Below, piece after piece: positions 23,600 through 35,400 of a stretch of DNA of 64,000 nt. The first letter of the stretch is position 1. Every line of letters begins with the position of its first letter. The position numbers and the translations under genes are program-made. The stretch comes from Phyllosticta citribraziliensis (taxonomy: Eukaryota). The stretch covers positions 744,001-808,000 of the forward strand of contig NW_027117348.1 in the NCBI RefSeq assembly GCF_038025025.1, written 5' to 3'. The notes under the pieces are model-generated. The model saw only the letters and a program-made list of their open reading frames with translations. It ran no database searches and was not told the origin of the DNA.

Positions 23600-26500
23600 T
23601 ACCTTACGGCATGGCATGGCATGGCATGGCTTGCCGTGGCTGTCGTTGCAGTTGCAGTTGCAGTTGCAGTTGCACGGCCAAAAGCACATGGTTTGGGACA
23701 AGCGACCGAGATGACATGCCGAAGCCACCTCACGACGATATGTATGTACATGTAGGTACACATTGCAGTGGCCAAAGGCGGGAACGCGTCGAGCAGCGTT
23801 TCAACCTTCAGCCCATCGGCCACGCCAAGGTACTGCGCTCCATCGATACAAGCTCTCTCGGCATGGCTGAAGACAATCCAACGCCAACGGGAGCATGCTC
23901 CTCGGCTGCTGTGTCGCCCTCGTCTCGTCCATTCTCCTTCCATGTCGTCTCGTGGGCCATGGATCAAGTCTCAAGTCCGGAAACCTGCTGCAAGCCCGCC
24001 GTTGTCCTTTGTTTTTGCTCCATTCCTTACCGCCACTCGGTGTCTCTTTTTTCTTTTTTTCCTTTTTCCCTTTTTTCCTTTTCCTTTTTTCCCTTTTTCG
24101 CCTGCCACCTGCGCCTACCCTGCAATCAGCTGCGTCCAGAAATTGGAACAAAAGCCCATCTGGTGGGTCGCTGGCGTTTCACGGCCCCTTGGATGAGTGT
24201 AACCCTGCTGGAGATCCACGAATGCCGTGTCCAGGCACTTGCTAGGCAGGCACCTTAGCTAATTAATCAAAACACCACCATCATGTCACACGGCCGCCAG
24301 AGAGCGTGGGAGCGTTGGCTTGGCAATTTGACCGCTTGAACAAAACGGCCGCCTGTCTTGGGCTTGCCTATCGACCACGACGACGTGAGAAACCCCCTTT
24401 TCGCTCTCTCGGTCGCACACGGACGGCCTGGCAGGCGACGGCGACAACTACTCGGAGCAGACGTGTCGACGTGAATCGTCACGGAAAACGTCATGACAAG
24501 GTTGGTCGTTCCGACGGGCCAGACAAAGGTCCCTGTGATGCTCAAACCGCGGGGATGATCCCGTCAGCCGCAACTTGCAATCCCGCTCGAGCGTCCTCTT
24601 TTCTATTTTCTCCCTTTGCTCTTTTTTTCTTTTTTTTTTTTCCTTCCCTTCTTCCCTACCTTTCACGAGGCCTCCACTGCGGGGAGCCTAAGGTTCCTTG
24701 CAACTTCAAGACAAAGACAGGCGACATGACCGTCGCGTCCTCACGTCACAACCGTGTGGCAGCAAGGAAACTTGGCCGCCTCGAGGACGACCGACGCTCA
24801 GCTCCACCCGTGCGTGCTTGATGCCACACGAGGTTTTCGTCACAAGGGCGCCCACGTCGACAGATACCGTATGTACACGTTCCGACCGATATAGTGCTAC
24901 CACGGAGACGTCGTGGCAGGAGGGGGCGAGGGAAGTCCATCGGCCGTGTCCGCAGCACCGTTGCCATCGACCTGCCCGCAGTGGTTAAGCAGAGGTGATC
25001 CAGAGGATCCGGAGGAGATCCAAACAAAGTCCAGACGAGATGGCGCGGTTGATCAAGGGCGATGCTCGATGGATTGTGGGTGGTTGATCAACAGAGCAGC
25101 TCATCATCTGCCAATGCCGTGCCAGATGGACAGCAGCATCCACAACACTATTGGCAAATCAGCAAAATGCTGCGAGGGACAGAAAAGACATGTTCGCCTT
25201 TGCCTTTGCCACTATCGCATCGCATCGCATCGCATCGCATATCCCGTGCCGTGCCTGTACTGCTGCTGCTGCTGCACCGTATGTTGCCCAATGCGACCGA
25301 ACGACCAACTCACAACACCACCAGCTCCCACCAGCTCCCACAACATGGCTTGCGGCCAAGTCTCCGCCTCTTCCTTTGTTTTCCATCATCTGCTGCAACC
25401 ACGGCGAACATGCCCTGAGACATGACATCACCATGATCTCCGGCGGTGCTTTAGGTTGGTCCATCCTCCTCCACTCTGCTTGCTCTCGCTTCTCGGTGCG
25501 TCCAAACTCGTCGGTGCCTCCGTGGGCCCGCGCCCCTCTCTTCGCTCCCACAGGCCACAACTGTGCGATCGTCCCGATTCGGCAACGGAGCCACCTGGCT
25601 ACATGCCTAGGAAGGCAGCCGACGTCGTTTTTCGGCCTGTCCGCACACGGGCGGTTCCTCGGTGGGCGTGGACGAGGTGGTGGTGATGGGTTGTGGTTGG
25701 GTCTGCCTGGCTACATTACAGTAGCGGGCGTCGGGCGGTTCCTGGGCCGCGCCGCACACCCGCCAACCCACCTCACCCACCTTACCAGTTGCTCGACGGC
25801 CGGCACAACCCGTTGGACCAACAAGCAAGCAGCATGGAAGCGGGAAAAAACAAGCCAGAAGCCCTCTCGTTGTTGCTCACCGGCAACGCCAGTCTTTGCT
25901 CTCTTTTCTCTCCCTCACACACACACCGCCATCCTTCCTCCACCGTGTGCTCCGTCTCATCTCTCTCGCTCTCTCTCTCGGTCCGCTCATATCGCCAGCG
26001 CGCGCTGTACCTTGGCAGGGACAAAAACTGACAAAAACTGGGCAAAGCGAGATTGCGCCCATCTGGCCGGTGGGCGCAAACACACGCGCCGGGCCGGGGC
26101 GCTTGCTTGCTTGCTTTCTTTCTTGCTTGCCTGCCTGCCTGCTTGCCTCCCGCGGCGACCAGGAACGGCTCGCACGCACGCCATCATCCATTACTGACAT
26201 GGATCGAAGGGCAACGGAAGCCTCGTGGAATACCTAGTTACCTGAGGGGAGATGAAACTGACGACCGGACGACAGGCAACATGGATATCCAAGCGAGCGA
26301 GCGAGCAACAAGGCTGAGATTTGATTTGATCGTCGGCAGCCAGCATCGACTTTTTTGATTGATTCCGTACCTACCGGTACCTCTAGATGACGGACTGGCC
26401 GAACCGACTGACCGACCTGCCGACCGACCGGCTGCCCAACCACAGTGCCACTGAGACGAGACGAGACGAGACGAGACGGGCCAGCCGGGAAAAAGCAAAA

Positions 26501-27718
26501 GTGGAAATTTCTCTCTTCTCTCCCATGCCACGCCATGCGATGCATCTACCCACCACCACCACCACCATAATCCATATACCTCCGCTGCCGCCCGCCTGCC
26601 CGCCTGCCTCGGCCGGGCTAGAAGGAATGTGAGCGGGCGGACGGACGCATAGAAGCCGTCCGTGGCGGAGAGTAAATGCGTGCGTGGGTGCGTGGCCGCC
26701 GCCGAGCGAGCATGCTGCATGTCGGCGGGGGCTAAGGTACCTAGCTACATAGTTCAGCCTACCAGGGCCGAGAGCACGGTACGGTACATCCATCCATCCA
26801 TCCATCCCTCCATCCATCTACATCCATTCATCATCCCACCCATCTCGTCTAAAATCCCATATCGATGTGGCCCGCAGCCGTGCCTGCAGTAGCGGCCGCC
26901 GGCTTGGCCTACCCACACAGCCTAGACCGCGAACCTAGGCCTGTCATCTTCATCACCACCACCATCACCACCATCATCATCAAGCATCAAGCATTGTTGC
27001 CGACGGAGCAGTGGGTGGCAGCGCCGGCGGCGTAAATAGACACATACCCTGGCGCTTGCCATGTGCGCAGCCGCTGCGCATTAGCAGCAGCGTTGCCACC
27101 GGCGCGGGCGCCGCCTTTCTCGGTTGATGGAGGCGAGCGGGCGAGCGGGAAAAGTCTAAACGCAGACGCAGCGTCAGGAACGGTGGCGGCGTTGGCCCCC
27201 AAATGCATACCCTCGTGTCGCGGCGGCGGCGGAGGAGGAGGAGGAGGAGGCGGTACAGTACACGCATGGGTTGTATTTCTGTCCGTCAGTCTCTTCTCTC
27301 CCGTTTAGACCACCACGAACGGGCGAGATGGGTCCCTACCTATCTGTCAACTGACCAACCGACTGACGGGCCCTCCTACAGTCCGGCATGGCCTCACAGC
27401 AGCAATCGCCTCTCGCGCCTTCGACTCTAAATCAAGCCACTCGCTCCATCACCACCGCCCGTTTGCCAACCGCCGCCGCCCATACGAAATTAAGGTAGCA
27501 ACCTTATTTCCAACGGCCTACCACCTCCCTGTCCCCCCCTGCCCTGCCCTACCCTACCCTGTCCTCCTGTCCCCTGTCCCCTCTCTCAATTTTTTTTCTC
27601 CCCTTCTTTCCTTCTTCTGCCCAAGCCTTGCAAATGACCACAACGTGCCAGCCAGCAACAGCGCACGTAATTTGGCGACCGGGCTTGGCAAATTGCGCAC
27701 TGCGGCGGGTGATTGTGG

Positions 27719-27750
<32 letters not shown>

Positions 27751-28970
27751 ACAAGGAAGGAAGGAAGGGAAGGGGACCTAGGACGGCGGGCCGGGCCTAA
27801 GTCTAGGTACTAGGGTAAGTCAAGTTAAGTCGGGGCGGGAAGACGGGCGACGGGCGCCGTCGGTACATAGGTAGGTAGACATTTCCAAGCAAGCGGTTCC
27901 TGGTCGTGGGTTTATTTGCGTCCGTCCCTACCTGCGTTCCTTGCCATGGCGTTCGGGGCTATGTACGGTACGGTACGGTACGGTATAGCAGCACGGGCGA
28001 GCGGGCATGTAGGTGGGCGTGTCTGCAATGTGGCTATCCGCGCTGCATGGTAGGCAGCGGAGGCAGACGGCGGAGGCAGGCAGACGGGCAAGGCGGATGA
28101 CTGCCTTACCAGGTAGGCGAGAGGGAGGGAAAGGAAAGAAATCAGGAATAAACGAGACGTGCGTCTGACGTGCGGGCAATGAAAAGGGTAGGTAGTTTTG
28201 TGGAAAGGAAAAGGAAAGAGGAGGGAAGGGGAGGTGGCATTTCGCATCGAATTGATTGATGATGGAGGCTCACTAAGGTATACGTAGAAGGGACATGCCT
28301 CGGTTTCTGTCCGTCGCTTGCTCGCTTAGTGGTTTAGTAAGGGCTGGCTGGTCGTATGCGACGAGTGGCAAGACAAGCAGCCAGGTAAAGTAGGAATGAA
28401 ATCAAAGCGAGAGGCGCAGTCACGCTACGCTACGATAAGCTGGCCGTCGGTGGGGCGGCCGTTGCTTGCTTGCTTGCTTACTGACATGGCATGTTTCGCT
28501 GAGTTGTTGCGGTGTGATGTGCCAAGTAAGGTATGTATGTGCATGGATAGTTAGGTAGTAAGGACAGAGGTATGTATATGTATGTGCATGTGTATGTGGT
28601 GGATGGATGTGTTGACAACATGTGAGACAGCTGGACAACAGAGAAAGACGGGCAGGGCAGGCAAGAAGATCAAGAAAGCCAGATGGATGCAAGATTAACC
28701 ATCGCATGCATTGCTTGCTAGTATGCAGTGTAGTGCAGTGCGGGCGCAACGCAGCTGTATATGTAGAAAGACAGACCGACAGACCGATAGACACACACAT
28801 CTATGTACTCTTTCATCATTCCCTCGAACAAGCAAGAAAGAAAGAAAGACGCCTCCAGAATCCCTCAGTCAGACAATGCCGCCAGCAAATATTCCCCCCA
28901 TCCGTACGTGGTGGACTCGATTGACTCCCACCCATTTCTATCCCGGTCCTTTATTCCCATAGCATGACAC

Positions 28971-29009
<39 letters not shown>

Positions 29010-29520
29010 AGACAGATGCAACCACAAACTCAAATCTCTCTCTCTGGCGGGTAGTGAAGTGCTTGCTCTTTGGCAAGGGCGGCCGATCCGATCTGATCCA
29101 GCTCCCAGCCCCAGCAAGCAGTGCGTTGCCTGAAAAACCAAGACAGGTAGGGAGGTATGTAGCGCAACGCGGGGACGGCAGCGTGTCGCATCGTGTCGTG
29201 TACCGGCAGCGGCAGGCAGGCAGGCAGACAGATAGACAGACCGACCGTTGTTTGTTGTCCGGTCGAGTTGCACGTCGGTCGATTCCGTGCTGCCATGCGC
29301 AAATTTCCCCAGCCCACCCGGCCCCCAACCATGTCGCTCGCACAGGTAGGTGGGTAGCACCTGAAAACTAGTGCGAGTGTTGTGTGAGAAAAGAAACAAA
29401 ATGCAAAGGAAGAAGGCGATTGACAAGAAGGGTAGGTTTTTCGAAAGCCATTGAGAAAAGAACACATTTACAAGAAAGAGCAACGGCAGCAGCAGCAGCA
29501 GCAGCAGCAAGCTCTGCTTT
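23600..29520. repeat. Dense simple-sequence-repeat region: (GTTGCA)n, (GGCAT)n, (ATCGC)n, (CATC)n, (GAGAC)n, (GGC)n, (CAG)n, and A35 at 28974..29008
   Basis: Read directly. No credible coding frame. Confidence 0.8.
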
Positions 29521-29919
29521 GCTAGCGCATACATGCATTCGGTGCGCGCGGATGCAGGGAAGCGACTGCAATCATAAAGAAGCGGAAAGGATGGTTGGTC
29601 GTGGTGGTGATGCATGCATGCAAGGCGCAGGGGCTCGACGGGTTGATGCACCGTGGTCGTTCTGGTGCAGCACAACGTGCATCCAGGCCGGCAGCCAAGC
29701 TGAAATGTTTTTGGGCCGACGGATGCCCACCTTGCTGACTGCTGCTGCTGAACTGCAAGTGGTGCTGCTGCTGCCATCTGCCATCGCCCGTTGGCACGAC
29801 AGTGGGTTTTTTTTGTGCGCACAAAAAAAGTTCCTAGTCGGCCTGGAAATGTAACTCGGGACTGCAACTGCGCGCGCTCCGGACCAGATTGGGTGCGCAC
29901 ACAGCTCCTTTGCAGCCGC

Positions 29920-31519
29920 TTACGACCGCGCCGTCGGATTCCAGTTGCTGTAATTGACTAGCTGGCGGGCGTTGCCGTAGATGCCCATGGTTGCATTCAG
30001 CACCAGATAGAAGGGGTAGAAGAAGGAAAACATGACAATCATGCGGCGATTGACAAATTCGGACCGAACCGTTGCCGTAATCCACAGAGTGGCAATGAGG
30101 CAGAGCACCCTGTAATTTCGATTGTCAATAGACTGTCCTTGGCCTGCGCAAGGGACGGAAGACTCACGTGATGACGAAGAACCAGACGGAGACGGGGTAC
30201 TGGAACCAGATGAGCTTGGCCAGGCCCATTGGGTTCTTGGGCCACTTTGTAACGATGAAGCCGGCGACCATGCACGTGTACTGGGTGACGAGATAGTACG
30301 AAAGCTCGCGAATGGCCAGCAACTGCATGAGACCAATGCGGACCTTGATGCGGCGGGGCGTTCCGTCAGGAGACTTGTTGTAGGCAAGCTTGACGTGCTT
30401 GACGCTGGCCTGGGTCCAACCTTGGGCCCAGCGCAGACGCTGCTTCCAAAAGGACTTGAAGGTGGTGGGGGCCAGCTCGTACGAGACGACATTCAAGTCG
30501 TGGACGGCTTTGGCGCCGCGCGAAATGGAGCGCAGAGCCGAGTCAATGTCTTCAGTGAGCATGTCGCCGTCCATCTTGAGGTCGCGGAGCAGAGAGCCAC
30601 GCCAGTAGCCGTTGGAGCCGCAAAACAGACCAAAGTCCCACATGAGGGCGCGGCCGGGGTGGGAGACGGCGTAGATCTTGTCAAACTCGACGGCAATCAT
30701 GCTGGCAAGCACGCACTCGTCAGTGTTGAAGACGACGCAGCGGCCTTGGACAATGTCGACCGTGTTGTCCTGGCAGAAGCGTTCGGCGGCCCAGCGGGGA
30801 CCGTAAGGGTGAGGGTAGTGGTCACAGTCGTAAATGGCAATGACGTCGGCACCCGTGTCGAATGACAAAAAGTAGTTGAGGTTGTCGGCCTTGCTGGTCG
30901 AGTTGGGGACTTTGATGACGCGGCATTGGGGGTACTTGTACTGAAGGTCGCGCAGCTGCGTCTCCAAGGGCTCAATGGGCTTGGGGGTGTTGTAGAGAAG
31001 GTTGATGCGGATCCTGTCGACGGGGTAGACAATCTTGGTGAGGGCATGGAGGGCGCGGTCCATGATGATGTCCTTTTCGTTGGGCAGGTAGGCGACGATG
31101 AGGATGTCGATCAGAGGCAGACTGGCGTCCGGGGTGGGGAAGGTCCAATCCTTTTCCTGGACCTTTGTGACGGCCTTGCGAGAGTCCATGACGGGGCCTA
31201 GCGAGAGAAAGGCCTCGATGACGGTGGAGGCGGAGATGTAAAAGTTGGTGGCCAGGTAGAAGAACCAGAAGATGCCAATGGCCTTGTGGGTGGCGACCAT
31301 GTAGATTGAAATGGAAAAGACAAAGTAGGACAAGACGAGGGCAAAGGGCGTCCATTCGGTGACAAAGGCCGAGAGGCGCTGCAGCAGAGGTTGTTTGGCG
31401 GGCGCGGCAGGCGGAGGAGGGGGAGGGGGAGTGGTGGAAGCAGAGGGACTGTACGAGACCTTGGGACGGTCATCGTCAATGTTGACGGAGAAGTCTCTGC
31501 TGTCCGAGGGCGACGACAT
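29920..31519 (-). CDS. Processive membrane GT2 glycosyltransferase (cellulose/glucan-synthase-like), about 513 aa
   Basis: Two N-terminal TM helices. Motifs LIVAYLPNE, KADNLN, YDCDH (DxD), GSNG, LTEDID and KQRLRWAQGW (QxxRW). C-terminal TM helices end in WNPTARS. Intron 30110..30167. Confidence 0.92.
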
Positions 31520-32474
31520 GGTGGGAGGGTGGACGTGGAGGGACAGACGTGAACGACAGAAATGAGCCCAAGAGCTCTGGAGTGGAGGATATAAGACGCG
31601 TAACGAGCGAGAATGGGGAGGGAGGGAATTTTGAGAGAGAGCAGAGTAGAGAAGATATCGCCGGCGGACCAGGGTGGGTCGGCTGGAGTACGGTGGCCGT
31701 GGGCGTGGGCGTGGAGTGGAAGTGGAAGTGGATGGACATGGACATGGACCTGGACATGGACCCGGACCCGGACGCGTTCATCGTGTGGCCTGGCTGCCTG
31801 CCTGCCTCACGCCCCCGGTACATGTACCCATCCCATCAGCAGGGCAGGGCAGGGGCACGACGCAATGCCTAGGTACAGGTAGGTAGCAATAATATCAGAG
31901 AGCCAGCGAGGGAGGCATGATCTGCATTGATCGGGACATGGTGTCGACTCGGCCATGGCTGTCTGCCCAAGTCGAGGGCGATGGACGTCGCCACAGTCTG
32001 AAGTCCAGTCCGGTCCGGTCCAGCCCCGTCCATGCTGACGGCTGCAGCGGTCTTTTTTTGTCTCGGAGGCCTTGAAGTGGAGTGGATGAGGAGGGAGAGG
32101 TGGTGTTTGTTCCTGGGTGACATGTGCCAAGAGTCGGCCCGACACCACCTCGTCCGCGTCCGCTGCTGTGGAACCCGATGCTCGCCCCCTGTCCTGTCGC
32201 TCTCCACCCCACCCACCTCACCTCCACTCCCCCTCCCCCTCCATCCGTACCGTACCTGACAAGCCTGCACTGCACATGCAGGGACCGGGGCATGGCAGGG
32301 CACCCGGGGCCTGACAACACCCCCCCCATGCCATGCCATCCATGCCGCAACGCTCTTTTTCCATTTGCGACTGACTGCTTCCCATCTCGCCAGCTCGCCG
32401 CCCGCTTTTTGTACTCCAAGGCGCCTTCCGTTCTTCCTGTCTTTTCCCAGTCGTGTCGTTCGCTTTCTCCCATC
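31520..32474. promoter_or_regulatory. Putative bidirectional promoter between GT2 and GH16-AT3
   Basis: The two genes are head-to-head, 955 bp apart. Degenerate hexamer repeats (GTGGAA/GGACAT/GGACCC) lie at about 31715..31773. Confidence 0.5.
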
Positions 32475-35400
32475 ATGTTGCTCCCAAAAGAGCTCCCCTC
32501 CCTGGCTGGAGCTGCCCTCGTGCTGCTCCTGTCCCTCTCACACCTCTCTGCCGCCCAGTCCAGCGATTGCTCTTGCGGCTTCTACGACGATTCCACCGGC
32601 AACCTCTTTACCGAGTCCCTGATTCAGTACTTCAACGAGACGTCTGATTTGAGCGAGTTCGTCATCGAGGACTTTGAGCACAAGGTCGAGAAGAGCTGGA
32701 ACAGCAAGTACCGCCAGGGCGCCGCCGCCGACAATGTCGTCGCCAATGGCACCTCTCTCAACCTCTACTGCGACCCCTCCACCAGCCAGCACCTCGTCAA
32801 CGGCGCGAGCATCAGGTCCAAACGCCGCGACATTCTCCATGGCACCTTCCGCTCCTCCATGCGCGGCCCTCAGTCGGGCATGGGCGGAAGTTCCATGACC
32901 ATGCGCGTCCTCTTCAACGAGACCGAGTCTTTCGAAATGAACATGATGAACACCGACTCGTACTCGGACGCCTGGGTAAACACCCTCATGGAGGCTGAAT
33001 GGCCTGACCGCTCCCTCGGCATCAATTACACCGTCCTCGGCAACAGCTCCGTCACCAATGGCACCGTCTGGCCCTACGACTTCGTCGAGTTGCGCATGGA
33101 TTGGACCGAAAAGGAACTTCGCTGGTGGGTTGCTGGCAACAACAGCCGCAATGCCACCAAAAAGGAAGACGGCAAGGTTCCCCTCACTCCTGCTCCCTTG
33201 TACTTTCGCCATTGGTCCACGGGCAACACCTACACCATGGAGGGCCCTCCGTACTTCCGCTCAGCGGCCAACGTCGCCTGGTTCCGTGCCTTTTTCAACA
33301 GCTCGGCCATGACTACCGAGCAGCACGAGGAATTCGACCAGCGCTGCACCATTCAAGACGCCTGCTCCGTCGATGACATGAGCCTCCGCCTCATCTCAAA
33401 CTACTCGTCCAACTCCACCGTCAAGTACAAGCATCACGAATCCAAGGGAGGTCTTTTGACTGCGCCCATCTACATCTCCGTCATTTGCGTCTGCTTCTCG
33501 ACCCTTCTCCTCGTTCATGCCTTCCTGCTCAGGATCCGTAGCAAGCAAACCTCGGGCCATGGCCACGGAGCAAGCCAACCCAAGAGCGACTCTGGCTCCG
33601 AGACTGACCGCACCTCGTCGCCAGTCCCTCCATACCAGTCGACCGAGGGTAGCTTTGTTGCCTCGAGCGGCGTCACTCCTCACCAGACTAGACCGTCGAC
33701 GCCCGAGAGGAGAATGGCAGAGGGATTTCCCCGCAGACCTGAACTTACTTCTTACGGATCTTCTGGCCCCTCGACTCCACTGCCACGCTATCAGAGTACA
33801 GAGTACATGCCGCGCTACACGAGCACAGAAAACTTTGGAAGGTACGACGAGGATGTCATCAGCCCTGTCTCTTCCACGCACACGTTGCATGGCACCCCTT
33901 CGACGCAGACTCTACATGGCGCGCCCGACTCTGGGGCCTCTTCCATCAGGAACCCAGTCGTCTACACAAACTCGGCCCTCGTGTCCGACTATGCGCTCTC
34001 AGGCTCTGCTAGAGACTCGGCCCAGACACTCGTTCCAAAGACCCCTCTGAGCCCATTCTCTTCATTGCCCAAGTCGCCAACCGGGCAGCCGTGGTCGCCC
34101 AAGAGCAGAGAAAAGGTATTCGGCGAGGCCAAGGTCAGGGAAATTCACGAAAAGGAGCAAAAGGAGCACCCACTGCGTACGACGCAAAACGCCATGACGG
34201 ACAGCAAGGTCGACAAGATCCCTACCGCAAAGAAGCAGCGTGTCGACTACCTGGCCGGTTTGGTCGCCCTCTGCTCCCTCTTTGTCACCCTCATCCACTT
34301 TCACTTGACCTACGTCCCTGCAGTCGTCATTCCTGGTGCTCCTCAACACTACAAGAGTGAGCTGTGGGCGCAAAAGCTCATTTCTCCATTCATCATGAAC
34401 CAAATGTGGCTCGGAGTCTTTTTCACCACGTCGACTCGCTTCTTGTCTGCCCGCTACTTCCGCGAGGGCAAATTGGACGTCATTGCGGAACGCGCCGTCA
34501 AACGTACGCCTCGTCTCTTGATTCCCGTCACTGCCATGGTGCTGTTCGAGTACTTTTGGATCGACGTGGGCGCCACCAAGTACCTGGAATACGTTCCCTC
34601 CATCTCGTGGTCGACTTGGGCCTACGTCTCCAAGTTCCCCGACCCCGGCCACTTTATCAGTGAGATTCTGGAGCTGATTTACCTGATCCCCAACGCCGTC
34701 CCCCAGGTCACGTACAACTACTGCACCGGTGTGCTGTGGACCATTGCGGTCCAGCTGCAAGGTTCGTGGGTCGTCTTGCTCGGTGCCATTCTCATTCGCG
34801 AGATCAAGACGCCGTGGAAGCGCTTTGGCTACTACCTCTTTTGCGTCGTCAACAACTGGTACGCGCGCAACTGGGGAACCTTCTTCTGGCTTGGTCTCAT
34901 GCTCACGGATCTGGACATTACGTACAAGTGGAGGAAATTCCTCTACCCCCGTCCGGCTGTTTACTATCCTCTCATCACCTTCTGCGTCATGATGACTTGC
35001 GCCGGTTTCCTCATGAACCTGCTACCGCAGTGGTACACGTGGAACTTTTCGACGCACGAAAACGACATCCATCCCGACCAGGAGACGGGCAAGCCGGTCG
35101 GCGAGACGGAGCGCGGTGGATATCCCAACTACTACGAGCCGCGCTTCAACATGCTGCTCTTTGCCGTAGGCATGCAGGCCATCGTGGAGCTCAGCACCGT
35201 CGTCCAAAAGCTGCTCTCGTTCAAGCTGCTGGTGTGGGTGTTCCCGCACATCTTCACCATCTACCTGATCCACGGCTTCATCTTCTGGAGCTGGGGCAGC
35301 TGGGTGCTGTACGAGCTGGCCAAGCTGTCGCTGCCGTACTGGATCATGATGCTCGTCACGGGCCTGACGTCGTACGCGTGGATCTTCCTCTCGCTCCCCA

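Noticed and set aside
25151..26197. 348-aa ORF on the + strand in the long spacer
   Set aside because: It runs through microsatellites (ASHRIASH, LLACLPACLP), shows no codon bias or domain, and is most likely a chance ORF in GC-rich DNA.
28938..29900. 320-aa minus-strand ORF downstream of GT2
   Set aside because: Its poly-F and poly-L runs come from homopolymer and CAG repeats. It is probably 3' UTR or intergenic.
31700..31775. Short repeated units considered as a CRISPR-like or structured array
   Set aside because: These are degenerate hexamer microsatellites without spacers, in a eukaryotic context.
32124..32474. 117-aa N-terminal extension of the GH16-AT3 ORF
   Set aside because: It has a non-ATG start and promoter-like low-complexity sequence. 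The ATG at 32475 begins a clear signal peptide.
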